From: Eledone cirrhosa
Lineage: Eukaryota
Assembly: GCA_964016885.1 (NCBI GenBank)
Contig: OZ024741.1
Span: 165,726,001 to 165,790,000 of the forward strand
Direction: 5' to 3'
Length of the DNA stretch: 64,000 bases
The translations under genes and the position numbers were made by a program. Position 1 is the stretch's first letter. Each line of letters begins with the position of its first letter. Of this stretch, positions 1 to 12,064 are shown piece by piece. The notes under the pieces are model-generated. The model was not told the DNA's origin, made no database searches, and saw nothing but the letters and a program-made list of their open reading frames with translations.

Positions 1-205
1 TGCTAAAATGCACCCGGTACAGTCTGTAAAGAGGTTGCTATGAGGAAGGGCATCAAGCTGTAAAAACCATGCCAAAAAATAGAATGTATGAAGTTGTGTT
101 CTTTCGACCCAACTAGGAGGGCAGTCACTCTGCATAAAGACTCAAATCTGTGATGACCTGTCTGACACATGCCAACATAGTGGGTTATAAATGATGATGA
201 TGATA
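1..205 (+). mobile_element. Degenerate RTE-type 3' end or RTE-tailed SINE fragment
   Basis: Contains ctgtaaagaggttgctatgaggaagggcatcaagctgtaaaa, similar to the RTE 3'UTR at 3470-3515, and ends in (GAT)n. Confidence 0.6.
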
Positions 206-634
206 ACAGGTGATAAAGTTGATAGAGACAGAAAGTGTTACATATTCAATTCAGTCAATTTGTATGTATACCATTATCATTGATATTATAGAGATCACAG
301 AGATTGATGGGGCAGGGAGAATTAACAATAAACAGAAAACATGAGAAAAGTGTCCTTTACATTGATGTATATACAAATTAGACTGGGGAGAGGAAGGGGG
401 ATGGAAGGGTGAGGAGGGAGATGGGGAACAGAAGAAGAACAACAAAAAGGAAGAGGTGGGAATGGGGAGGGGTAGCTGCTGTGTTTGTATGAAGGACCAA
501 CAACAGAGAAAATAAATACAAAATAAATTAAAGGGATATATATATATAACAAAGGAATTGTGGTAAGGAACCAGATGGAGTGTAACGCACCAAAGTACTC
601 AATACTTAGGGTAGTAGAGTGGGTCATACTTGTT

Positions 635-671
<37 letters not shown>

Positions 672-759
672 ATATATATCTATATATATATATGTATATA
701 TATCTCTATATATATATGTATATGTATATATATGTATATATATCTATATATATATATGT

Positions 760-1478
760 ATCATCATCATCATCATCATCATCAGGTTTAGCGTCCGTGT
801 TCCACGCTTGCATGGGTTTGGACGGGGGTTTTCCCACTTGAGGCAAGAGTGGTTGTCTTGCTCGCATAGGACTGTCTGGCGGGTTTTCTACAGTTGGATG
901 CCCTTCCTAACACCAACCACATTTACAGTGTGGGGCTGGGAGGTTTTTACCGTGTTGCCTACACGGCCACATTACAGCGTGGACTGTCTGGCGGGTTTTC
1001 TACAGCTGGATGCCCTTCCTAACACCAACCACATTTACAGTGTGGGGCTGGGAGGTTTTTACCGTGTTGCCTACACGGCCACATTTACAGCGTGGACTGT
1101 GTGTTTTTTGTCGTGACACCTACACGATCTCATTTGTTTCGGCCTGGATGTTGTGGGACCAACATAACTTTACATTGAAAGGGGCGGTGTGGAGGGACGG
1201 GGGTGTGTTTTGATAGAGGTGCCTACTGACTGTAGTAGGTTTTTACTTTGTATTTAGGTAAGGCGGGTCTTCTCTATTACTGAGTACCGCCAAAGGTCTC
1301 GGTCCAGTGACATTGTCTTGGAGAGGTGTAAGCGTGTGAGGTCGGAATTTATCAGCTCGTCCCATGTTTTTCTGGGTCTGCCTACTCCGTGGCTACCGTC
1401 TATCTTTATTGCCCTGCACTTTGTTATACAGCTGTCGTCTTTCATGCGCATCACGTGACCATACCATGAAAGACGCAT
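760..1478 (-). mobile_element. 5'-truncated RTE LINE copy (ORF C-terminus, 3'UTR, (GAT)n tail)
   Basis: Minus-strand peptide RLSWYGHVMRMKDDSCITKCR...VIEKTRLT nearly matches the C-terminus of ORF 1484..3238. (CAT)n at 760-785; ~110-bp internal duplication at 870-1090. Confidence 0.93.
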
Positions 1479-1527
1479 GATATATGTATATGTATATATA
1501 TATATATATGTATATATATGTATATGT

Positions 1528-3238
1528 ATGGGAGAAAGACAGTCTCCCCCATATCGACCCAATAGAGGGACCAGCAGTGTTAGTCGAGGGGAGTATAATA
1601 AGTAAGGCAATCAAGGATATGAAGACGGGTAAGGCGGCTGGGCCTTCGGAAATAGTTGCTGAGATGCTGAAGGCATCTGGCACGGTGGGACACACCATGG
1701 TCACCCGCATAGTTAACCAAGTCGTACAGAATGGGGTTGTTCCGAAGGACTGGCATAGCAGCATCATCGTTAACTGTTATAAGGGTAAAGGAGACGCCCT
1801 AGATAGGAGTAACTATAGAGGCATTAAATTAATCGACCAGGTCATGAAGGTCACGGAAAAAGTAATAGCGCAACTAATCAGAGAGAGAATTGACCTAGAT
1901 GAAATGCAGTTCGGGTTTGTGTCAGGCAAAAGTACCACGGACGCTCTTTTCATAGTACGACAACTACAGGAGAAGTACCTAGCTAAAGGTAAACCCCTCT
2001 ACTTAGCTTTTGTCGACTTGGAGAAAGCCTTCGACAGAGTCCCCCGCTCCATTATCTGGTGGGCTCTTAGAAAACTAGGCGTTGACGAATGGCTTGTGAG
2101 GGCTATACAAGCCATGTATAAAGAAACAGTCAGCAAGGTTAGAATTAACAACGAATATAGTGAAGAGTTTAGCGTAAAAGTTGGCGTCCATCAGGGCTCT
2201 GTTCTCAGTCCACTACTATTTATTATTGCCCTTCAGGCTATAACAGAGGAGTTCAAGACAGGCTGCCCATGGGAACTCCTATACGCAGACGACCTGACAC
2301 TCATAGCGGAATCAATGGCCGAGCTAGAGAAGAAATTCCAAACATGGAAGCACGGCCTAGAGTCAAAAGGACTTAAAATTAACCTGGCTAAGACCAAAGT
2401 TCTAGTTTGTAGGAAAGAAAACAAGGCGGCGGTCCCTTCTGGGAAATGGTCGTGCTCGGTGTGTAGGAAAGGCGTAGGTAGAAACTCCATTTTATGTCCT
2501 AAATGCAAAGTATGGGTGCATAAAAGATGTAGTGGGATCACAGGTAAGCTAACTAAAAACATAGATTTTACATGTGGCCGGTGTTCTGGTGCAATAAGTA
2601 GCAGCAAGTGCCCACAAAATACTAGCTCTTTCAATTGCGCAGAGGGTTCTATAGAAATAGTGGACAGCTTCCGTTACCTGGGCGATAAAATCAGCAGTTG
2701 GGGAGGGTGCTCTGAAAGTACTGTAGCTAGAGTCAGAACTGGTTGGAAAAAGTTCAGAGAGCTTATACCACTATTAGCTGCTAAAGGGTTCTCCCTAAAA
2801 ATGAAAGGCAGGTTGTACGATGCCTGCATACGAACAGCAATGCTGCATGGCAGTGAGACCTGGGCATTGTGTGCAGAGGATATATGCAGACTAGAGAGGA
2901 ACGAAGCTTGCATGCTCCGCTGGATGTGTAACAGTAATATACGTGAACGGCAAAGCATAAACGAACTAAGGAAAAAATTAGAGATAAGAGGGATCAGATG
3001 TTGTTTACTCGAGAGAAGGCTACGTTGGTATGGACACGTGATGCGCATGAAAGTCGATAGCTGTATAACAAAGTGCAGGGCAATAAAGATAGACGGTAGT
3101 CACGGAATAGGCAGACCTAGAAAAACCTGGGACGAGCTGATAAACTCCGACATCACACACTTACACCTCTCCAAGACAATGTCACTGGACCGAGACCTTT
3201 GGCGGTACTCAGTAACAGAGAAGACCCGCCTTACCTAA
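1528..3238 (+). CDS. RTE non-LTR reverse transcriptase (N-terminally truncated) with embedded PHD-like finger
   Basis: Motifs NYRGIKL, QFGF, AFVDLEKAFDRV, GVHQGSVLSPLLF, LLYADD, FRYLG, RRLRWYGHVMR, GRPRKTW. The ORF-track ATG at 1484 lies in microsatellite and is not a real start. Confidence 0.93.
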
Positions 3239-3638
3239 ATATATAGTAAAACCTACTCCAGCCAGTAGGCATCTCTAACAAAATACACCCCGTCCCACCA
3301 CCACCACCACCACCCCATCCACACCACCCCGTTCTATGTAAAGTTATGTTGGTGCCGCGCCATCGAGGCCGAAACAAATGAGATCGTGTAGGTGTCACGA
3401 CAAAAAAACACACAGTCCACGCTGTAATGTGGCCGTGTAGGCAACACGGTAAAAACCTCCCAGACCCACACTGTAAATGTGGTTGGTGTTAGGAAGGGCA
3501 TCCAACTGTAGAAAACCTGCCAGACAGTCCTATGCGAGCAAGACAATCACTCTTGCCTCAAGTGGGACTACCCCCGTCCAAACCCATGCAAGCGTGGAAC
3601 ACGGACGTTAAACGTTGATGATGATGATGATGATGATG

Positions 3639-3640
<2 letters not shown>
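1528..3640 (+). mobile_element. Young 5'-truncated RTE-clade LINE
   Basis: Uninterrupted RT ORF, 3'UTR at 3239-3615, (GAT)n tail at 3616-3640, (TA)n-type tracts on both sides; no endonuclease domain (truncated). Confidence 0.95.
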
Positions 3641-3670
<30 letters not shown>

Positions 3671-3769
3671 GTATATATATGTATATATATGTATATGTAT
3701 ATATATCTATATATATATATGTATATGTATATATATATATGTATATGTATATATATATATGTATATGTA

Positions 3770-3826
<57 letters not shown>

Positions 3827-3872
3827 GTATATATATGTATATATGTTTATGTATATGTATATATATGTATAT
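3641..3872. repeat. (TA)n/(TATG)n microsatellite, representative of dozens in the window
   Basis: Direct sequence; such tracts produce the spurious YIYIY ORFs. Confidence 0.97.
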
Positions 3873-3873
3873 A

Positions 3874-4213
3874 TGGAGGCACATGGCTTAGTGGTTAGAG
3901 CATTGGCCTTGCTATCGAAAGGTTGTGAGTTCAATTCTCAGACCGGGTGATGTGTTGTTTCCTTGAGCAAGACACTTTATTTCACATTGCTCCAGTTTAC
4001 TCAGTTGTAGAAATGAGATGTTAGGGACTGGGGTCCCTATCATTCGACTGCAAAGTGGTCGTGGAGGTGCCACGGCAAAAAACACGCAGCACTCACTGTA
4101 AATGAGGTTGGTGTTAGGAAGGGCATCCAGCTGTAGAAATCAAGCCAGAATCAGTTCCTGTCCCACCCTTGCAAGCAGGGAAAAGTGGACGTAAAATGAT
4201 GATGATGATGATG
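3874..4213 (+). mobile_element. tRNA-derived SINE family A (CORE/Meta-like centre, RTE tail)
   Basis: A box tggcttagtgg, B-box-like gagttcaattc, central ccttgagcaagacacttta, tail shared with the RTE 3'UTR, (GAT)n end. Confidence 0.9.
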
Positions 4214-4426
4214 ATATATATATATATGTATATATATATATATGTATGTATAAATATATATATGTATATATGTATGTATGTATATATATATATGTATATA
4301 TGTATGTATGTATATGTATATATGTATATATGTATGTATGTATATGTATATATATATATGTATATATATATGTATATATATATATGTGTATGTATATGTG
4401 TGTGTGTGTATACGTGTATATATATA

Positions 4427-4458
<32 letters not shown>

Positions 4459-5110
4459 AAAGAATTCTTCCCCATATGAAACCATAGGGAGATCTATATA
4501 TAAGCTATCTCGTTTATATTTCCATAATTAGTGTTTTTTCTGAATATTAATATATAATATTACTCCTCTGAGAGATTTCTCTCATTGAGATGTTTAAGTA
4601 TCAGAGACTAATTAACCTTTAATTAATATTAAACTGCTCCTTAATTTGTCGAGCCGTACCAGATTGCCGTTAGGCTACTACTTCAAGCGACATTATAAGC
4701 CAGTCAAGTAGTTCTAATATGCATGGTTTTATTCCACCATGCTGCCTTAACAAAGGAAACAATATGTATTATATCTTGTTCAATTTCTCTTAGTTCTTGA
4801 AGAATTAAACTCCTGTGAAGAGTATGGTGGTTTCTTCAATTACTGGTAGTTCCAATAATAATTCTTCCCCATATCAAACCATATATGTATATAAATTGTG
4901 TATATATATATATGCATAAAAGCACCTACTTCACATTGTAAATGTGGTTGGCATTAGGAAGGGCATCCAGCCATTGAAACCTAACCAGAAACAATTCTGT
5001 ATGAGTAAGACAGTCATCTGATTTGACTTGTCTCCCAACAGAACAACTTATATAACCCATGCTAGCATGGAAAAATGGATGTTAAACAATGATGATGATG
5101 ATGATGATGA

Positions 5111-5151
<41 letters not shown>

Positions 5152-5153
<2 letters not shown>

Positions 5154-5490
5154 GGCACATGGCTTAGTGGTTAGAGCATTGGCCTTGCAATCGAAAGGTT
5201 GTGAGTTCAATTCTCAGATCGGGTGATGTGTTGTTTCCTTGAGCAAGACACTTTATTTCACATTGCTCCAGTTTACTCAGCTGTAGAAATGAGATGATAG
5301 GGACTGGGTTCCCTATCATTCCACTGCAAAGTGGACGTGGAGGTGCCACGGCAAAAAAGCACCCAGCACTCACTGTAAATGAGGTTGGTGTTAGGAAGGG
5401 CATCCAGCTGTAGAAATCAAGCCAGAATCAGTTCCTGTCCCACCCTTGCAAGCAGGGAAAAGCGGACGTAAAATGAAATGATGATGATGA

Positions 5491-5492
<2 letters not shown>
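5152..5492 (+). mobile_element. SINE family A copy
   Basis: Near-identical to 3874-4213; flanked by (TA)n on both sides. Confidence 0.9.
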
Positions 5493-5534
<42 letters not shown>

Positions 5535-5959
5535 TATATACTATATATATATAATTTCAAATGAAGAGAGTCAAGGTTTTCAAACATTTCTATACAGGTG
5601 TTAAGTTTACATAAATATGCAAACAACAAATCAATCAGAAACAGTTAACAATTATTTACACAATACATAAATACCTGTGTATCATCAGGATTATAAAAGG
5701 GGATAACCACATCTCTAGACTCTCTTATAACTCAGCTGACTTTCATCAGAGTGCTCAATATTTATTTCAATGGAGATCTGGCTATATTGACATATGAATG
5801 AATTAACATAAAAAAACTAACTCTGTTTCTTATATTTTATATGTTTTCTTCATTCAAACCTGCATTATCATGGTTTTCCAACTTCGAATTGTTGATAACA
5901 TTGTGTTTATAGCAAAAATTTTAACAATATTATCTCGCATAATATGACTACATAGACCC

Positions 5960-7240
5960 AACTTGGTCAATATAAATCACACTTAAACTGAACAATTGTT
6001 CACTATTGAATAAGATGTCAAATACTAGTAATTATAGCAATAATCACAAACCTGAGGTAATGCAGAACACACAAGTTATGGGAACAACAAGTATAAAAGA
6101 AATAACAGTAACAAAGCAAACAATGTAATGACCTTAACAACGGACACATCCTGAATAGGCCTGACTTAAACCATAAATCAAAGGTTTATACAAGTAACAG
6201 TAGACTAAAACTTAACACTTTAAACTATAACTACCTCAGACTTAAATTAGGTTACCCACTGCCAGGAAATATTAAATTTTCTCTCAGGAAATTCAATATA
6301 TGGTTTGACCCACTATTAAGTAAACACATCACCTAATACACCAAAACTATTTTTTTATATCCTGGCGAAATATTTCCCTCCAAGCCACTGTTACTATACA
6401 ATACTTAATAAGAATACTGTAAAAATATCTTGCTCTACTACTCCTAATCTAACCAACTACTTAATGTCTAGTAATAATATGAAAATAATTGTTTCTACTT
6501 TTAGCACAAGGCCAGCAATTACCCAGTGAATTACTGGTACTTTATTTTATCGACCCCATAAAGATGAAAGGCAAAGTTAACCTCGGCGGGATTTGAACTG
6601 AGAATGGCAAGGGCCGTAACTCTATGCGTCAAAGCATGGCATCCGACCCTCTACCGATACTGCTAATCCAATAATGTTCAAAGATAGTACTAACCAAGTA
6701 ATATAGAAGTAAGAGGTCGTCCCAGCCACAATAATTGAAACTTCCACACAATGATCCATTGTAAGGGTCCTAACCCTAATAATAACTAAATATCTAACAG
6801 AAAACTGTAACTGTAGAAACCCTTTGACCTGTCCTTTAACAGTAATTGTCTAACTGATAATATAGTTTATATATTTACTATATATAAACTATATTATCAG
6901 TTTTACTATATATACATATACTAATAACAAGGTATATATAGGAGCTACCTCAAATAGCTTTCAATCTAGATATTATATTCATCGTCACTCTTTTAAGAAG
7001 AAAAAACTATGTAACACAACCTCATTAACCCTTTATGTGTGGGACCTGAAAGAGGCCAATATATAAAACTCTATTAATCGAAAAATTCTTAAAATTGCCC
7101 AATGATTCCAGCCTGGAAACTGAAGGTGTAATTTGTGCCTCATGGAATGCCTCTCAATTTTAAAGTCTAACTTCGTTCTCCTAAACAGAAAACCCGAGAT
7201 TCTTTCTACCTGCCCACAAAAAAGTTCCCAATTTACTATA
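5960..7240 (+). pseudogene. Decayed Penelope-like element (Neptune-type) RT thumb/linker and GIY-YIG endonuclease
   Basis: Manual translation gives RKFNIWFDPLLSK..KYFPPSH..LNKNTVKISCSTTPNL (~6285-6460), NCNCRNPLTCPL..CLTDNIVY (~6803-6870), KVYIGATSNSFQSRYYIHRHSF..YVWDLKE (~6929-7055) and CNLCLMECLSIL..LLNRKPEILSTCP (~7127-7215). Stops and frameshifts present; a SINE is inserted at ~6486-6670. Confidence 0.85.
6486..6670 (-). mobile_element. tRNA-derived SINE family B (Nin/Inv-like domain, (ATT)n tail)
   Basis: Reverse complement closely follows the family consensus gagttcaaatcccgccgaggttaactttgcctttcatccttacggggtcgataaaataaagtaccag. Confidence 0.88.
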
Positions 7241-7637
7241 GTAAATATTAAATTTGTGTTGCTCACTGAACCTTAACCACATAATAGTTAACATATTAGT
7301 AATAAAATATAACTAAAACCTTACTAGTCTTAATCTATAGATCTCCCATTATTAAACAAGTTTCTAACCCAAACACTCTAATATAATAATTATTATCATA
7401 ATAAAATTAAGCCTTTCTCTTTCACTAATTCTTAACAAATTTAAGTAACACTTCTTAATGGTAAATCAATAATACCTTAATAGCTCTATTTCAAAGGCCA
7501 CTTAATATTTTTTACTACCCCAAACTAGTGTATATACATCTCCTCTTCCTTTCTTATTTAATCTAGTATTACTTATCAGCACACGTTACAACCCACTATG
7601 TGATGTTTTTATGTTTATGGGTGTGCACACATTTATA

Positions 7638-7693
<56 letters not shown>

Positions 7694-8419
7694 TATAAGT
7701 GTGTGTGTGTGTGCAGATACATATTTTGGTGGGTCGATATGTGTGGTGTAAGTGTATATTGATAATTATTTTAACAATAAACTAAACATACTGACCTCAA
7801 AATTAAATAGCAACTAAATTGTTTATGTTTATTTTTATTAGTCCTTTAAGCTTTACATGAACTTCCTCACACTTAATTACATTAACGAAATATGGCTGAA
7901 TATTCTTATAAAGTTGCATTTTGGGACTTAGGCAGATTATAATGTATATCCCTAATTCATAAGTGTAATGATATACGAGGCCATATATGAGTTAATATAT
8001 ATATATGTACACATGAGAACACTATTTTGCTTATGTAAGCCATAGTAAGAAACTACTGTCGTATAATACCTTAAACGAACACTTCTAACAACAAAGTGAT
8101 CCTTAATCATTAATTTATTACATAACATAATTATAAATAACCATGCTCGAAAACAGGGCAAAAATTAAACAGGCTTCTAAACGCCGCTCTGTAAAATTAC
8201 ATAACTTTTCTGATTTAAATTTGCCTCAATAAATGCTGTTTATTATCAACTCATATTATATTTTATACTCCTTGAGCGAGTAACTGGACTAATAGAAGTA
8301 TATACTTACCTATTGCATATTAATGCAAAAACTAATTATTTTTGTGACCTCTGGACTACTTTGCTTCTCTCTCAGTATGTTGTTTAAATGAAATAATAGT
8401 AATATTAATAATAATAATA

Positions 8420-8890
8420 ATTATTATTTCTACTTTTGGCACAAGGCCAGCAATTATTCCAGTGCATTACTGGGATAATTGCTGGCCTTTATTTTATCGA
8501 CCCCGTAAGGATGAAAGGCAAAGTTAACCTCGGCGGGATTTGAACTCAGATCATAAAGGGCCGTAACTCTATGCTGCAAAGCATGGCGTCCGACCCTCTA
8601 CCGATACTGCCAATCCACCGCATAATAATTGTTTCTACGTTTTGGCACAAGGCCAGCAATCCACTGCATAATAATAATGATGGTTTCTGATTTAGGCAAA
8701 AGGCCAACAATTTGGGGGAGGAGAAAGTCGATTAAATTGACCCTAGTGCATTACTGGTACCTTATTTTATCGACCTTGTAAGGATGAAAGACAAAGTTAA
8801 CCTCGGCAGGATTTAAACTCAGATCATAAAGGGCCATGACACTAAGCATGGTGTTTGACTCTCTACCGATACTGCCAATCTACCACCCTT
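8420..8890 (-). mobile_element. Cluster of SINE family B copies
   Basis: Two near-full copies plus an isolated tail, same orientation, separated by (AAT)n. Confidence 0.88.
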
Positions 8891-9379
8891 ACTGCCCTCA
8901 TAATAATAATAAGATGCACTGCCTTTTACCACAGCCCCCAAAACACTTCTTCACTATATTTACCACCTTGTACCTCTACTCTGCTTTGCTTGCCTATATT
9001 CAACATTTGATAATGCCAACGTTCTTGATATAGGTATTTGGTTAAATTCAATGCTTTTTGATAATTCCTGATGATATGCAGGTATTTATGTATTATGTAT
9101 TGTGTAATTAATTTTTAATTGTTTCTGATTGATTTGTTGATTGCATATGTATGTAAGATTAACACCTGTATAGAAATAATTTAATTTGAAAACCTTGGTT
9201 CTCATAATTTTAAATATTTATGCACTGCTACCCTCACTTTCCTCAACAGCAAGAACTTTAACCTTGGGAGAATATTTCGATTGTTTTGAATTTCTTACAT
9301 GCTGAAAACCTTAAGGGCATATTGAACTTTTCTCAATTTACTGAAGGTAATAGTGGAATATTCCATTATAATCACTTAT

Positions 9380-9922
9380 ATCATCATCATCATCATTTTA
9401 CGTCTGCTTTTCCCTGCTTGCAAGGGTTGAACGAGTCCTATTCAGCACAGCATCTTATCACAGTCCTTCGTCATCTCTTCCGTGAGTTTCAGCGATCTGA
9501 AGTCTGCTCTCACAACCTCCGCCCATGTTTTTCGTGGTCTACCTCTACTGCGTCTTGCTTCTACCGGGATTTCTTGGCACTTCTTTACCCAACGGTCATC
9601 CTCCATGCGCATCACATGTCCATACCATCTCAGCCTTTTCTCCTGCACACAACTTATCCCTCTTATACCCAGTTTCTTTCTCAACTCGTCTGTGCTTGGT
9701 CGTTCACGCACATTGACATTGCACATCCAACGGAGCATGCTTGCTTCATTCCTCTCCAGCCATCACATATCCTCTGCAGTTGCTGCCCATGTCTTACTAC
9801 CAAGCAGCATCGTGCATCTCACACAGGCATCATATAACCATCCTTTCGTACGCAGGGAGAAACCCTTCTTTGTCAACAGAAGAAGCAGCTCCCTAAACTT
9901 ATTTTAACCCGTCCTTATTCTA
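9380..9922 (-). mobile_element. RTE LINE 3' remnant, second family
   Basis: ORF 9442..9738 MLRWMC...LRWYGHVMR...GRPRKTW; short 3'UTR; (CAT)n at 9380-9396; 5' end abuts (TA)n. Confidence 0.9.
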
Positions 9923-9949
9923 GATATTATATATATATAATTCTTTAGG

Positions 9950-10700
9950 ATTGCACATGTGGGACACATTCCTCATCACTCTTACTAAATCTGAAATTAG
10001 AGAGACACATACAACACTTCATCCACCACATGCAGTTCTCTGGCTACAATCAGAGAGACAGAATCAGAGTCAAATGGACAAAGATTGTAGAAAATTATGC
10101 AAATGGAGCTTGTCTCCTGTATATGAGAACATTTTGGAATTAAGAAGAAGACTAATAAAGTGAACTCGTGGTATGATATCAATCAATAGCAGAGTGTAAT
10201 GTTCGTAAATGCAATCCCCAGAGGTAAACTAGCTTAGAGATTTAGAAGGGCTCTAGACAAACAAATATTAAATATCCAGATAGTTGAGACACCAGGTATT
10301 CCCATAAAAGCCTAATTAGTAGAACATATCCTTTTGGAAAAAAAAACCTTGCACTGATAAGCAGTGCATAGTCTACAAATTAAGCCCTTAAATTAACTAC
10401 AAACTAGGAACATAGTATATAGCATAAGATGTACCGAGGGACAGTGTAGAAATAAGGACACAACTTACATAGGTGAGATAGCCGTAGAATAGGAGAAAGT
10501 ATAAATGAACACTCGTGAGAACTCCAATAACATGCCAAAATGGAACATGGGGGAACACTAGAGAACATAGAAAAAATTATATCCACACAAAGAAAAGACA
10601 CAATGCTCCGACAGCTTACACAAACAACACACATAAACAAACTCCAACCAAATTTAAAACAGAAAACATGAGTGCAATAGCAACAACATGACAACTACTA
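9950..10700 (+). pseudogene. Decayed Penelope-like element, second lineage (GIY-YIG remnant)
   Basis: Manual translation gives MFVNAIPRGKLA*RFRRALDKQILNIQIVETPGIPIKA (~10199-10312) and RNIVYSIRCTEGQCRNKDTTYIGE..SRRIGESINEH (~10406-10513). Confidence 0.7.
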
Positions 10701-11573
10701 ATTAAGAACAAGATAAAGACATACAGGGACACACAAGAACCAAACTAATTAAGAACAAAATAAAGACATATAGAGACACAAGAACTAAACTAATAAAACA
10801 AACCAGACACACACAGATAGAACAAGCAACCAGCTAGTGACAAATAAATAAATGTGTAAACAAATGAACACACATGTACACACACACACGGATATAATGC
10901 AAGTGCAACCCAAATACACAGCACACAACACACAAAAACATGATGGTGTAGGACAGAATAAAGGAGAGGCACAAAATAACAAATTAGTCACTGAGGAGGT
11001 CACAGAATGTGTGATGAAAGAGCTTTGACAATAAATAAACAACCATAGTTATTAAACCAACCAGCTGGAAATTTGTAATAAGTTGAAGTGAAAACCAACA
11101 AGTGCATGTGTTTATATTGGCAGCATGACCCTGCCAAAGTATAACAATATATATATATATAAAGGAATTATAAAGATTTGCCAAGAGGGAGGAAAATAAA
11201 TTTTGGCAATTGATTGTTATGAGGTAGACAGATATTAGATAATCATAGAAGTAGCACGGTGAGGTGTTGAGATGATGGAATCAAAGGTTATTTTCTGTTT
11301 TCATATGGAGAGCTAACTGTGAAACATTGATTGGGCGGACATATTGAAATTGCCAAAAATGATATGGAGATAAGGCGACAGAAGTTTTTATCTTAAACTA
11401 TAAATATTTATTTCAGACTGACTGTGCTTTACATTGACCAAACTATATCTTGTCTAGATTATATGGGAAGTGTGTCAGTGTATATACAAATGTGTGTGTG
11501 TGTGTGTGTGTGTACAAAGATATATATATATTTATGTGTGCGCCTACTCTTTAATAAACATGTGTGAATGTGT

Positions 11574-11611
<38 letters not shown>

Positions 11612-12032
11612 TTTTGTGCCAAAGTATATACAAACATGTGTATGTGCGTGTGTAAAGGTGTATACAAACATGTGCATATATATGAATGTATATATAAACA
11701 TATTTGTGTGAATGTGTGTATATATAGAATTTTGTATATTGTGCACGTGAATGTGTATACAGATGTGTATTTTTGTGTTTATAAAAACATATTTGTGTGT
11801 TTGCCGAGATATACATATATTTAAAAACCAATGAGAATATATTGATTTCTTACTGAAGTAGAAGATCAATAAGTGAGGTGTGTAGGTAATTGCACCAATC
11901 ACAGAATATTAATATGAATTATTTCATAAACCAAACAGGGATGAAAGGAGAAGTTAACTCTGGTAGGGTCTGAACTTAGGATCAAAACAAACAAGAAGAA
12001 ATACAATAATAATATAATATACAATACATATG

Positions 12033-12064
<32 letters not shown>

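Noticed and set aside
3874-3950. tRNA gene
   Set aside because: A and B boxes belong to a multi-copy SINE head continuing into core and LINE tail; no complete cloverleaf.
560-4487. Numerous YIYIY/HTHT/MMMM ORFs here and throughout the window
   Set aside because: Translations of (TA)n, (CA)n and (GAT)n microsatellites.
5164-5403. Recurrent [11 protein letters not shown]... ORFs at several loci, suggesting a gene family
   Set aside because: Antisense translations of the SINE A/RTE 3'UTR.
8304-8400. Minus-strand consensus donor AG|GTAAGT at ~8310
   Set aside because: Isolated motif without a supportable exon or promoter context.
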